Source: an uncultured Variovorax sp.
GTDB taxonomy: Bacteria; Pseudomonadota; Gammaproteobacteria; Burkholderiales; Burkholderiaceae_C
Reading direction: 5' to 3'
Assembly (NCBI GenBank): GCA_966211435.1
Contig: CBIHOG010000021.1
Location: forward strand, 6,353-70,352
Length of the DNA stretch: 64,000 nt
The translations under genes were made by a program, and so were the position numbers. Of this stretch, positions 19,450 to 27,229 are shown piece by piece (the first letter of the stretch is position 1; every line of letters starts with the position of its first letter). The notes beneath the pieces are model-generated. The model saw nothing but the letters and a program-made list of their open reading frames with translations, was not told the DNA's origin and searched no databases.

Positions 19450-20247
19450 TCAAGGTTCGCCGAGTCGGTCCGTCCGCAGCCGGTGACGCTCGTCCATGAC
19501 AGACCGGGCCGCGAGGTAGACGGCGCCCGCAGCGGCAAGGCCGCCCGCGCCCGTGAGCAGGAAGAGCAGCAGGATCTGGTACTTCGCCGCGTCGATGGGG
19601 TCCATGCCGGCAAGCAACTGGCCGGTCATGATGCCCGGCAGCGTGATCACGCCGGCCGCGGACATCTGATTGATGATAGGGATCATCCCCCGGCGGATGG
19701 CGGCGCGGATGAGGTCCGCCAGCGCCTCCCGCCCGGTCGCGCCGAGGGCGAGCCTCGCCTCGATCACCGCGCGGCGCGCGAGCACCTCGCCGAAGAACCC
19801 GTCCAGGCCAAGGCTGGCCGCGTTCAGCACCGTTCCCAGCACGATGCCCATGAGCGGGATGGCGTAACGCGGGTCATCCCAGGGCTCGGGTCGGATGGCG
19901 GTCGCCAGAGCCAGCGCCACCGTCCCGACGCTGGAAAGCGTGACCACGAGCGCGCCGATGCGGTAGTTGCCCCCACCCTTCAGACGGTGCTGCGGACGCA
20001 CGGCCACTTCGCGCGCCGCGGCGAGGATCATCAGGGCGATGATGGCAAGCGTCGCGGCGGCGGAGGATGCACCGAAAACGATCCGCAGCACAAAGCCCAC
20101 CAGCAGCAACTGGACCACCATGCGCGCCGCGGCCCACAGCATCTGCCGATGCAAGCGCAGGCGAAGGAGCAGGGACGCGGCCGCATTGATCACCACCAGC
20201 GACGCGGCCAGGGCGAGGTCCGTGCCGTGGAGGGCGACAGTGCTCAT
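19450..20247 (-). CDS. UPF0014/FetB(YbbM)/STAR2-like ABC permease
   Basis: RMVVQLLLVG, IPLMGIVLG, ITLPGIMTGQLLAG, AAKYQI family motifs. Confidence 0.88.
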   Translation of the reverse strand: MSTVALHGTDLALAASLVVINAAASLLLRLRLHRQMLWAAARMVVQLLLVGFVLRIVFGASSAAATLAIIALMILAAAREVAVRPQHRLKGGGNYRIGALVVTLSSVGTVALALATAIRPEPWDDPRYAIPLMGIVLGTVLNAASLGLDGFFGEVLARRAVIEARLALGATGREALADLIRAAIRRGMIPIINQMSAAGVITLPGIMTGQLLAGMDPIDAAKYQILLLFLLTGAGGLAAAGAVYLAARSVMDERHRLRTDRLGEP

Positions 20248-20308
20248 CGGCGTGCTTTCGTGCTACGAACGACGGCGGGGGCTTGTCCGAGGCGGCCCGG
20301 CGCGGCAC

Positions 20309-20923
20309 TCATGCGGGGCGCAGCCTGCGCTCGGCCATCTCGAACATCCGCTGGGCCATCCGCTTGGCCTGTTCGTGCGAATGCGTGACGAGGACGATGG
20401 CGAGCCCGGCCTCCATGCGCCGCCGCAGGAGGGCTTCCATTGCCAGGGTCGAGGCTGGGTCCAGCGCGGCGGCCGGTTCGTCGAGCAGCAGCGCGTCGGG
20501 GCGAGGCGCCAGCGAGCGTATGAGCGCAAGCCGTTGGCGCTCGCCGGTGGAAAGTCTCGCGATGTCGGTGCGGAGTAGCGCCGGCGCCAAGCCGAGCGCA
20601 GGCATGAACTCCAGCAGCGCCGAGGCGTCCGACGCGCGGAAGTGCGCCGCGCCGGTGGGCGCCCACCATGCCGGCTCGGCTGCCTGGTAGACGACCTTGC
20701 GTCGCCACTGCGGCGCGGACCAGGTCTCGCGGCGCCTGCCGCTCAGTTCGACGGTGCCCGTGCCGGGGTCGAGGTCGGCGAGCAATCGCAGGAAGACGCT
20801 CTTGCCCGCGCCCGACTTGCCGACGATCACCGTGCATTCGCCGCGGTGAATGTCGATGTCGAAGGGGCCGCCATGCGGCGAGCGCAACTCGCGGATGCGC
20901 AGGAGTGGGTGTTCTGCGGTCAT
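20309..20923 (-). CDS. FetA(YbbL)/STAR1-like ABC ATP-binding protein
   Basis: C-terminal part of track ORF 20309..21739; GKSGAGKS, LSTGERQR, LLLDEP, VTHS; ATG overlaps the deacetylase stop. Confidence 0.85.
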   Translation of the reverse strand: MTAEHPLLRIRELRSPHGGPFDIDIHRGECTVIVGKSGAGKSVFLRLLADLDPGTGTVELSGRRRETWSAPQWRRKVVYQAAEPAWWAPTGAAHFRASDASALLEFMPALGLAPALLRTDIARLSTGERQRLALIRSLAPRPDALLLDEPAAALDPASTLAMEALLRRRMEAGLAIVLVTHSHEQAKRMAQRMFEMAERRLRPA

Positions 20924-21804
20924 GTCACGACACCGCATCCGCTGTGCGAAAGGGGGGCGAGGGAGACAAGGCCCGTGGGCGTCTCGACTGGGAAGACAGT
21001 GTCGCGCAGCACCACATACTCCCGCAGTCTCGCGGCGGCGATCGGGTCCGAGGGCGTCTTGTCCAGCGCCGGGTGACACATCAGCACATCGCCGGTGCGG
21101 CAGATGTCGAGCCAGCCTCGCAGGAGCGTCCGGTAGTCGCTGCGGCTGCCAGTGACGCCGGTGAAGTCGTAGACGCCGAGCAGGCGGCAACTCGTCGGGA
21201 TGCCGCGCCGCCCCGCCGCGGCCATCATCCCGACACCTCCCATCGCGAAAATGAGATCCTCCTTCGAACGAGGGATGCGGCGCATCCTGGCGGGGGCGGT
21301 GCTCCGGATCCAGGGCGCCAAAGTGCCGTATCTGTTGGCGATGACATCGGCCAGCACATCCGCCACGCCAGGGAGTTGATGCACATGCCGGTGTCCGTCC
21401 ACGAACGAGGGTGGGCGGTCGAGGCCGTCCTCGAATCGTCCCAACTGTTCCATGATTCGCGCGCGCATGCTCTCGGGCCGGAGAAGGCCCAGGTAACCCT
21501 TGAGGATCCAGGGGCCCAAGGCCGCCTCGCCGTGCCGGCCTCGCGAAGGACTGGTGAGATCGAAATGAAGTCCTATCTCGAGCCGCGAGGCGGAGAGGGC
21601 GCGCAGCTCCCGTGACCCGGCCGCCCAGGCAGGGCGCATGACCATGCACCCCGTCGAGGAAAGCGAACCCCGCTCGGCGAGGTCGAGCACCGCCTCGTTG
21701 ATGCCGGTGCTCAAGCCGAAGTCGTCCGCGCAGACGCAAAGATGGCGGCTGGGTGCCGCATTGGCCCTCTGCGCGATGCTACGCTCGTGCATGGCGTCGG
21801 ACAT
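20920..21804 (-). CDS. YdjC/ChbG-family carbohydrate deacetylase (LgmC/NaxD-like)
   Basis: CADDFG, IGLHFDLT, DGHRHVH, LMCHP; start could alternatively be 21792. Confidence 0.87.
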   Translation of the reverse strand: MSDAMHERSIAQRANAAPSRHLCVCADDFGLSTGINEAVLDLAERGSLSSTGCMVMRPAWAAGSRELRALSASRLEIGLHFDLTSPSRGRHGEAALGPWILKGYLGLLRPESMRARIMEQLGRFEDGLDRPPSFVDGHRHVHQLPGVADVLADVIANRYGTLAPWIRSTAPARMRRIPRSKEDLIFAMGGVGMMAAAGRRGIPTSCRLLGVYDFTGVTGSRSDYRTLLRGWLDICRTGDVLMCHPALDKTPSDPIAAARLREYVVLRDTVFPVETPTGLVSLAPLSHSGCGVVT

Positions 21805-21823
21805 ATCGAGAGGATCGCGGGGA

Positions 21824-22222
21824 ATGAAGCGGCATCATGCCGAGGTTGCGCGGTTCATCGTGGTCGGAACGGCCGCCGCCGCCGTCCACTTGCTGATCGT
21901 CATGATGCTCGTGACCTGGCTGCGCTGGCAGCCGCTCGGGGCGAACCTGTGCGGCTGGCTGGTCGCGTTCTGGGTTTCCTTCTTCGGTCACTATGGTTGG
22001 ACTTTCAGGGGCAGCGCGCTGGGCGTCTCCGCCTCGGCGAGGCGCTTCTTCGTTCTGTCCGCGGGTGGCTTCGCCGTCAACGAGGCCCTGTACGCCGCCG
22101 CGCTGCGATGGTCCGCGCTGCGGTTCGACTGGCTGCTGGCCTGCGTGCTGGTCTTCATGGCAGTGCTGACTTTTGTGGCGAGTCGGCTGTGGGCGTTTCG
22201 AGGCAGCGGGGGGCGCGCGTAG
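21824..22222 (+). CDS. GtrA-family small membrane protein (undecaprenyl-P-sugar flippase-like)
   Basis: RFIVVG, ANLCGWLVAFWVSF..H..WTF, RLWAF; four TM segments; start MKRHH. Confidence 0.87.
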   Translation: MKRHHAEVARFIVVGTAAAAVHLLIVMMLVTWLRWQPLGANLCGWLVAFWVSFFGHYGWTFRGSALGVSASARRFFVLSAGGFAVNEALYAAALRWSALRFDWLLACVLVFMAVLTFVASRLWAFRGSGGRA

Positions 22223-23732
22223 CGCTGCCTTCGAATCGCCAGATGGCTGCCTCTGCGTTCGCCGCGACCGGGCGTGCCTCCGCCAGCCAGGGATGAGCGA
22301 GTGGCGCCTGAGTCGCGCCGATCACCCATGTCGCGCGCGGTACGCACAATGTTTCGCCGAGCCGGGATGGATCGACCAGCAGCCTGGACGCCAGCGCGGC
22401 GTCGAAGCGCCCCGCGTCGCGAAGTTCCCTCCGCCAGTCGTCGCGCCGGTCCACCGCTTCCGGCGACCAGTCACTGCTGACCATCACCGGTTCACGCAGC
22501 GACCAGTGAATCGGGACCTCGTAGTAGTAGGCGTCGAGCATCAGCACCTGGTCGCCTGGTGCGACGGTCTCGCCCGAGGGCAAGCGGATGCTTGCACGTG
22601 GCTGTACCGCAACCGACTCCACCGCGACGATCGCGCCCACGCATGCCAGGCCGGCCAGCGCCGCAGTCCAGCGCAGTGGGTGGGACGCGAGGCCGCGTTC
22701 GCCTGCCGCGGCCAATGCAGCCCTTGCGACAAGGTAGGCCAGGGGTGGCAAGGCCGGCAGCACATAGCCGATCAGCTTGGAGCGCGGCAGCGAGAAGAAG
22801 ACGACGATGCAGGCCCCCCAGATCGTCATGAGCCAGTCAAGATCCCGCGTGCGCGGCAAGGTCCGCGGGCCCTTGCGCGGAACGAGGAGCCAGGCGATCC
22901 AGGGCACCGTCAGTCCCGCGATGACCGGCAGGTAGAACCAGAACGGGTGTGCGTTGTTGAAGCCGGAAGTGGCGAAGCGCCGGAAGTGCTGCGTGACGAT
23001 GAAGTAATCGAAGAAGGCCGGATAGCGCCACTGCATCGCGATCAGCCATGGCCCGGCGGTCGCGATCAGCACGCCCCAGCCGGGCAGCCAGGCCATCAGC
23101 CGCGCGGCCTGCAGGCGCCGTGTGGCCGCGGTCCACGCCAGGAAGACCAAAGCCGGGAGCATCAGGCCGATCAGGCCCTTCGCCAGCACGCCGAGCGCGG
23201 CGAAGGCGTAGGCGGCGGCCAAGGCGCCGCGCCATTCACCCTCCTGCTCCCTCGAGAGGGCCGCGTGCGCGGCCAGCAGCACGGTGGCGCTGATGCAGCC
23301 GGCGACCAGCATGTCGAGGTTGGCGAACTGCGCCGCTGCGAAGAAGAAGGGCATCGTGACCAGGACGACGGCGGAGAGTCTTGCAACGGTATGACCCGCC
23401 CAACGGCGAAGAAACAGGAAGAGGGAGGCCGCCGCCAGCGTGCCGCCCAAGATCGACGGCAGCCGGGCCGCCCATTCGCTCGGCCCCAGCACTGTCATTG
23501 CAGCCGCGGCGATCCAGTAGAACAAGGGTGGCTTATGGAAGAAGGGGAGGCCGTCCAGGCGGGGCACCAGCCAGTCGCCCGAACGAAGCATCTCGAACGC
23601 GACCCCTGCATAGCGGCCTTCGTCCGGCGTCATCAGTGGTCGGAGCCAGGCGGTCGCCGCCAGCCAGAGGAAGATGGCCGCCACGACGATGAAGGAGCCC
23701 CGCGACGCACGGAGGCCGTGCGAAGGTTTCAT
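22155..23732 (-). CDS. ArnT/GT83(PMT-like) lipid-carrier-dependent glycosyltransferase (LgmB-like)
   Basis: PDEGRYA, FFHKPPLFYW, EWAARLPS, NLDML, LAKGLIG, SKLIGYVLP; ATGA overlap with GT2. Confidence 0.9.
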   Translation of the reverse strand: MKPSHGLRASRGSFIVVAAIFLWLAATAWLRPLMTPDEGRYAGVAFEMLRSGDWLVPRLDGLPFFHKPPLFYWIAAAAMTVLGPSEWAARLPSILGGTLAAASLFLFLRRWAGHTVARLSAVVLVTMPFFFAAAQFANLDMLVAGCISATVLLAAHAALSREQEGEWRGALAAAYAFAALGVLAKGLIGLMLPALVFLAWTAATRRLQAARLMAWLPGWGVLIATAGPWLIAMQWRYPAFFDYFIVTQHFRRFATSGFNNAHPFWFYLPVIAGLTVPWIAWLLVPRKGPRTLPRTRDLDWLMTIWGACIVVFFSLPRSKLIGYVLPALPPLAYLVARAALAAAGERGLASHPLRWTAALAGLACVGAIVAVESVAVQPRASIRLPSGETVAPGDQVLMLDAYYYEVPIHWSLREPVMVSSDWSPEAVDRRDDWRRELRDAGRFDAALASRLLVDPSRLGETLCVPRATWVIGATQAPLAHPWLAEARPVAANAEAAIWRFEGSATRAPRCLETPTADSPQKSALP

Positions 23733-24742
23733 GGCGCGGGCGCCTGGCCCAGCCCGCGTCCCACGTCCTTCTTGACCACGTAGAGGGGGCGTCCCTTCAC
23801 TTCCTCGAAGATGCGCGCGACGTACTCGCCCAGGATGCCGGTCGAGATCATCTGCATGCCGATGAGGAACATCAGGCTCACGACGATGGTCGTCCACCCG
23901 GAGACGGCGTTTCCCGCGAACAGGTGCTCCACGACGAGATACAAGCCATAGCCGAGGGCCGGCACGGCCAGCATGAGGCCGACCACGCTGATCATCCGCA
24001 GCGGCCAGGTGGTGAAGGAGGTCAGGCCGTCGAGTGCATGGGCGAACAGGCGCCATGCGCTGAAGGTGCTGACGCCATGCAGGCGCGGCGCCGGCGTGTA
24101 CGGCAACGCCACCGCCTTGAATCCGACCCAGGCATAAAGGCCCTTCATGAAGCGACTGCGTTCAGGCAAGCTCAGCAGCGCGTCGACGACCTTGCGGTCC
24201 ATCAGCCGGAAATCACCGGCATCCTTCGGCAGCGCGTACCGGCCGGAAGTGTTCACGAGCCTGTAGAAGAGGCCCGCGCCGACGCGCTTGAGGGGCGACT
24301 CCTCGTCGCGCGCTTCGCGTACCGCATAGACGACCTCGGCGCCCCGTGCCCACTCGGCCACCATTGCCGGGATGAGCGACGGCGAATGCTGCAGGTCGCC
24401 GTCGAGCACCAGCACCGCGTCGCCGCGCGCCGCCTCCAGTCCGGCGGTGAGCGCGGCTTCCTTGCCGAAATTGCGCGACAGCGAGATGCACCGGAAGCCC
24501 GGCAGTTCGCACCAGACGGCAGCCACCGCCGCGGTTTCGTCGGTGCTTCCGTCGTCGACCACGATGATTTCCCAGTCGAGGTGCGTGTCGAAAAGGATCT
24601 CCTCCAATCGGGAGAGCAGTTCGTTGAGGTTTGCGGCCTCGTTGAAGCAGGGGATGACGCAACTGACGCTGCGGTGGGGCGCCGTCAGCTGAACAGGCTG
24701 GCAGTCGAGGGTGCTGCCGAGCATTCGCGGCGGGCCGTTCAT
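23729..24742 (-). CDS. GT2 undecaprenyl-phosphate glycosyltransferase (ArnC/GtrB/LgmA-like)
   Basis: VIPCFNEA, VDDGSTD, LSRNFGKEAAL, LDGDLQH, GDFRLMDR, two C-terminal TM segments. Confidence 0.92.
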   Translation of the reverse strand: MNGPPRMLGSTLDCQPVQLTAPHRSVSCVIPCFNEAANLNELLSRLEEILFDTHLDWEIIVVDDGSTDETAAVAAVWCELPGFRCISLSRNFGKEAALTAGLEAARGDAVLVLDGDLQHSPSLIPAMVAEWARGAEVVYAVREARDEESPLKRVGAGLFYRLVNTSGRYALPKDAGDFRLMDRKVVDALLSLPERSRFMKGLYAWVGFKAVALPYTPAPRLHGVSTFSAWRLFAHALDGLTSFTTWPLRMISVVGLMLAVPALGYGLYLVVEHLFAGNAVSGWTTIVVSLMFLIGMQMISTGILGEYVARIFEEVKGRPLYVVKKDVGRGLGQAPAP

Positions 24743-24833
24743 GCCTGGGCTCCGTGGCGCCCGGGCCGTTCAGAGCATGCGGGAATCTGCGCCCGCGCGG
24801 AGGTGCCCGGGCATGGAGTTTGTGGCAGCGGAT

Positions 24834-25025
24834 TCATGACCGGAACGCGTCGGGTTGATCGATGCGTACGGACGACAGTACGAAGAGCGTGGCCTCGCGC
24901 TGCGCCGCACGATCCGCATGGGGATGAGCAGCCAGGAATGGCTGCGGCGCCGCAAGCAGCAGCGCGGAAGGAGACCACACCATCCGGTGGGCGGCAATGA
25001 GTCGACGAAGGCCTGCGAGCAACAT
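24834..25025 (-). CDS. Possible 63-aa leaderless small ORF (hypothetical)
   Basis: ATG at the predicted transcription start; basic then hydrophobic N-terminus; codon usage is A/T-rich at third positions, so coding support is weak. Confidence 0.25.
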   Translation of the reverse strand: MLLAGLRRLIAAHRMVWSPSALLLAAPQPFLAAHPHADRAAQREATLFVLSSVRIDQPDAFRS

Positions 25026-25031
25026 GCCGCG

Positions 25032-25064
25032 ACTCTATGGAGCGCGGATGAAGCCAAGCTGAAT
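25032..25064 (-). promoter_or_regulatory. OmpR-type box and -10 element upstream of the GT2-arnT operon (ATTCAG-N5-CTTCAT-N10-TAGAGT)
   Basis: Read directly on the minus strand; spacing identical to the two plus-strand sites; ATG 6 nt after the -10. Confidence 0.6.
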
Positions 25065-25109
25065 CCGCGCTTCAGCTTCGGGGCGGTGTTCTCAGCCACG
25101 CGTGGCGTC

Positions 25110-25217
25110 CGGCATTGCCCGTGCCATCAGCCCGACCGGCGCGAAGTCCTTCAGCGGGTTTTAGTGCAGGGTGGCGAAGAGGCCGGGGTTGATGGTCATG
25201 GTGCCGCCGGAGCCGGT
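25110..25217 (-). pseudogene. Fragment of a Bug/TctC substrate-binding protein gene with an in-frame stop
   Basis: Manual translation TGSGGTMTINPGLFATLH*NPLKDFAPVGLMARAMP matches the Bug consensus ...INPxLyxxLpYdPlkDFaPv...; TAA at 25161-25163 replaces the conserved Tyr codon. Confidence 0.7.
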
Positions 25218-25223
25218 CGCGCA

Positions 25224-25265
25224 GGCGGCCTGAGCCGCCCGACCTCACGGCGGCCTCAGGCCGCC
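25224..25265. terminator. GC-rich hairpin at the 3' end of the dioxygenase gene
   Basis: Arms ggcggcctgagccgcc / ggcggcctcaggccgcc; no U-tract. Confidence 0.35.
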
Positions 25266-26134
25266 ATGAGGCGTGCCTCGGGTACGTCCTCGATGGTGGT
25301 GCGGCGCAGTTCACGGCGTTCCGCGATGTCGTAGCGCCGCCCGCGGTGCAGCGTGCAGCGGTTGTCCCACATCACGAGGTCGTTCACCTGCCATTCGTGG
25401 CTGTAGACGAACTGCCGCTGCGTCGCGTGCTCCAGCAGATCCGAGAGATAGAGCCGCGCCTCGGCTGTGGGCCAGCCCATGATCTGGCGCGCATGCACGC
25501 CCACGAAGAGCACCTTGCGGCCCGAGCCCGGGTGCGTCTCCACCAGCGGCCAGACGGCCGGCGGGATGGCCTTCTTCTGGTCGTCGGTGTAGGCCTCGTC
25601 GCCCAGCAGGATGCGGGTGTGCAGGGCGTAATGTTCAGCGCTCAGGCCTTCGATCTCGGCCTTGGTGCGCTCCGGCAGCGTGTCGTAGGCCGCGCGCAGG
25701 TCGGTGAACTCCGTCCTGCCGCCCCAGCTCGGCAACACCAGCGCATGCAGCATCGAGTAGGCGGCGCGCGGGTTCTGGAAGGAACTGTCGCTGTGCCACA
25801 GCTGGTTGGCGAAATTCGAGAGGTTCTTCGGCGAATCGCGCCGCGCCACCTTGCCCTGCGCGTCGACGTTGGAGATGTCGATGAGCCGCTCGTCCTCCAG
25901 CCGCTCCGGCCGGTTGAAGACCTTCTTCAGCCCGAGGTCGAGCGGCCCGAAGGCCTTGGCGAAGTCGATCTGCTGCTGGCCGCCGAGCGCCTGGCCGCGC
26001 CAGACCAGCACGGCGTACTGGTTCATCGCGGCGTTGATGGCGCGCACGTCCGGGTCCGAAAGCGGCTGCGTGATGTCGATGCCGCTGGCTTCGGCGACGA
26101 AGACGGAATGGAGGGGCTTGAGCTCGAGTGGCAT
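25256..26134 (-). CDS. tfdA: TfdA-like Fe(II)/alpha-ketoglutarate dioxygenase (2,4-D/phenoxyalkanoate family)
   Basis: NFANQLWHSDSSFQ, EHYAL..R.LLGD, WPLV.TH.GSGRK, DLVMWDNRC.LHRGRRYDI..RRELRR; these segments match Cupriavidus pJP4 TfdA as recalled from memory, beyond generic TauD motifs. Confidence 0.78.
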   Translation of the reverse strand: MPLELKPLHSVFVAEASGIDITQPLSDPDVRAINAAMNQYAVLVWRGQALGGQQQIDFAKAFGPLDLGLKKVFNRPERLEDERLIDISNVDAQGKVARRDSPKNLSNFANQLWHSDSSFQNPRAAYSMLHALVLPSWGGRTEFTDLRAAYDTLPERTKAEIEGLSAEHYALHTRILLGDEAYTDDQKKAIPPAVWPLVETHPGSGRKVLFVGVHARQIMGWPTAEARLYLSDLLEHATQRQFVYSHEWQVNDLVMWDNRCTLHRGRRYDIAERRELRRTTIEDVPEARLMAA

Positions 26135-26139
26135 GTTGT

Positions 26140-27129
26140 TTATTCGGCCTGGATGTTGGCTTCGCGGACCACCACGGCCCAGCGCTTCATTTCGGATCGC
26201 ACGAAGGCATCGAACTGCTCGGGCTTCGAGGCGACGACTTCCATGCCCTGTTCCTCGATGCGCTTGCGCATCTCGGGGTTGCGCAGCACCTTCTCGGTGT
26301 CGGCCTGGATCTTCTGGACGACGGCCCGCGGCGTGGCGTGCGGCGCGACGAAGCCGAGCAGGGCGTTCACGCTGAAGCCCGGCAGGGTCTCGGCGACCGT
26401 CGGGTAGTCGAAACCCTCGACACGCTTGTCGCCCAGCGTCGCGATCATCTTCATGCGGCCGGCCTTGACGTAGGGAAGGATCGACAGGAAGGGGTCGACC
26501 ACGAGGTCGATGCGGCCACCCATCAGCTCGGTATGCGCCGGCGCGCTGCCCTTGAAGGGCGCATGCAGCATGTCGAACTTCGCCTCGCGCTTGAGCAGTT
26601 CCGCGCCCAGGTGCGTGGTGCTGCCGGCGCCGGGGGTCCCATAGGTCAGCTTGCCAGGGTTCTTCTTCGCGTAGGCGATGAGTTCCGGCAGCGTGTTGAA
26701 TGGCGCGTCCGGCCGCGCGACGATCGCGAGTTGCAGGTTGGCGATCTGCGTGATGCCGGAGAGATCCTTGACGGTGTCGTAGGGCAGGCTCTTGCGCAGC
26801 GAGGGGTTGACCGCGAAAGAGGAGTTCACCATGCCGAAGGTCAGGCCGTCGGCCGGCGCCTTGGCGACGAAGTCCGCGCCGATGGCCGTGCCGGCGCCGG
26901 GCTTGTAGTCGATGATGACCGGTTGGCCCCAGGCCTCCTGCAGCTTCAGCGCGATCAGCCGGCCGACGGTGTCGGTGGGCCCGCCGGGCGCGAAGGGAAT
27001 GATGATCTTGACCGGGCCCCTGGGGAAATCCTGGGCGGCCGCTTCGAGGGTGGTGCCCAGGCCGGCGGCCAGGAGCCCGCCGGCCATGAGGAGCTGGCGG
27101 CGGTTGGGATGTGGGGTTTGTCTCGGCAT
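26140..27129 (-). CDS. Bug/TctC tripartite tricarboxylate transporter substrate-binding protein
   Basis: Tat-like RRQLL signal, IIPFAPGGPTD, KPGAGTAIG, HAPFKGSAPA. Confidence 0.93.
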   Translation of the reverse strand: MPRQTPHPNRRQLLMAGGLLAAGLGTTLEAAAQDFPRGPVKIIIPFAPGGPTDTVGRLIALKLQEAWGQPVIIDYKPGAGTAIGADFVAKAPADGLTFGMVNSSFAVNPSLRKSLPYDTVKDLSGITQIANLQLAIVARPDAPFNTLPELIAYAKKNPGKLTYGTPGAGSTTHLGAELLKREAKFDMLHAPFKGSAPAHTELMGGRIDLVVDPFLSILPYVKAGRMKMIATLGDKRVEGFDYPTVAETLPGFSVNALLGFVAPHATPRAVVQKIQADTEKVLRNPEMRKRIEEQGMEVVASKPEQFDAFVRSEMKRWAVVVREANIQAE

Positions 27130-27137
27130 GATTTTAT

Positions 27138-27150
27138 GGAACAGTGTTTT
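27138..27150. promoter_or_regulatory. Putative IclR operator copy 1 (GGAACAGTGTTTT)
   Basis: Pseudo-palindrome repeated at 27201-27213 in the divergent bug/iclR intergenic region. Confidence 0.55.
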
Positions 27151-27200
27151 GAAATAATAAAGGTTCCAGCCTCGACGTCAACCCGACTGAGGGAAAATAC

Positions 27201-27213
27201 GGAACGGTGTTTC
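27201..27213. promoter_or_regulatory. Putative IclR operator copy 2 (GGAACGGTGTTTC)
   Basis: 11 of 13 bases identical to copy 1. Confidence 0.55.
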
Positions 27214-27229
27214 AGGAAAACAGAATCGC

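Noticed and set aside
24731-24772. 11-bp direct repeat CGGGCCGTTCA near the GT2 start
   Set aside because: Only two short GC-rich copies, with half-sites oriented opposite to the gene; consistent with chance or a small duplication.
24770-25334. Track ORFs of 109 aa (minus) and 159 aa (plus) in the junction region
   Set aside because: No SD, no motifs, and they overlap the promoter box and the bug relic.
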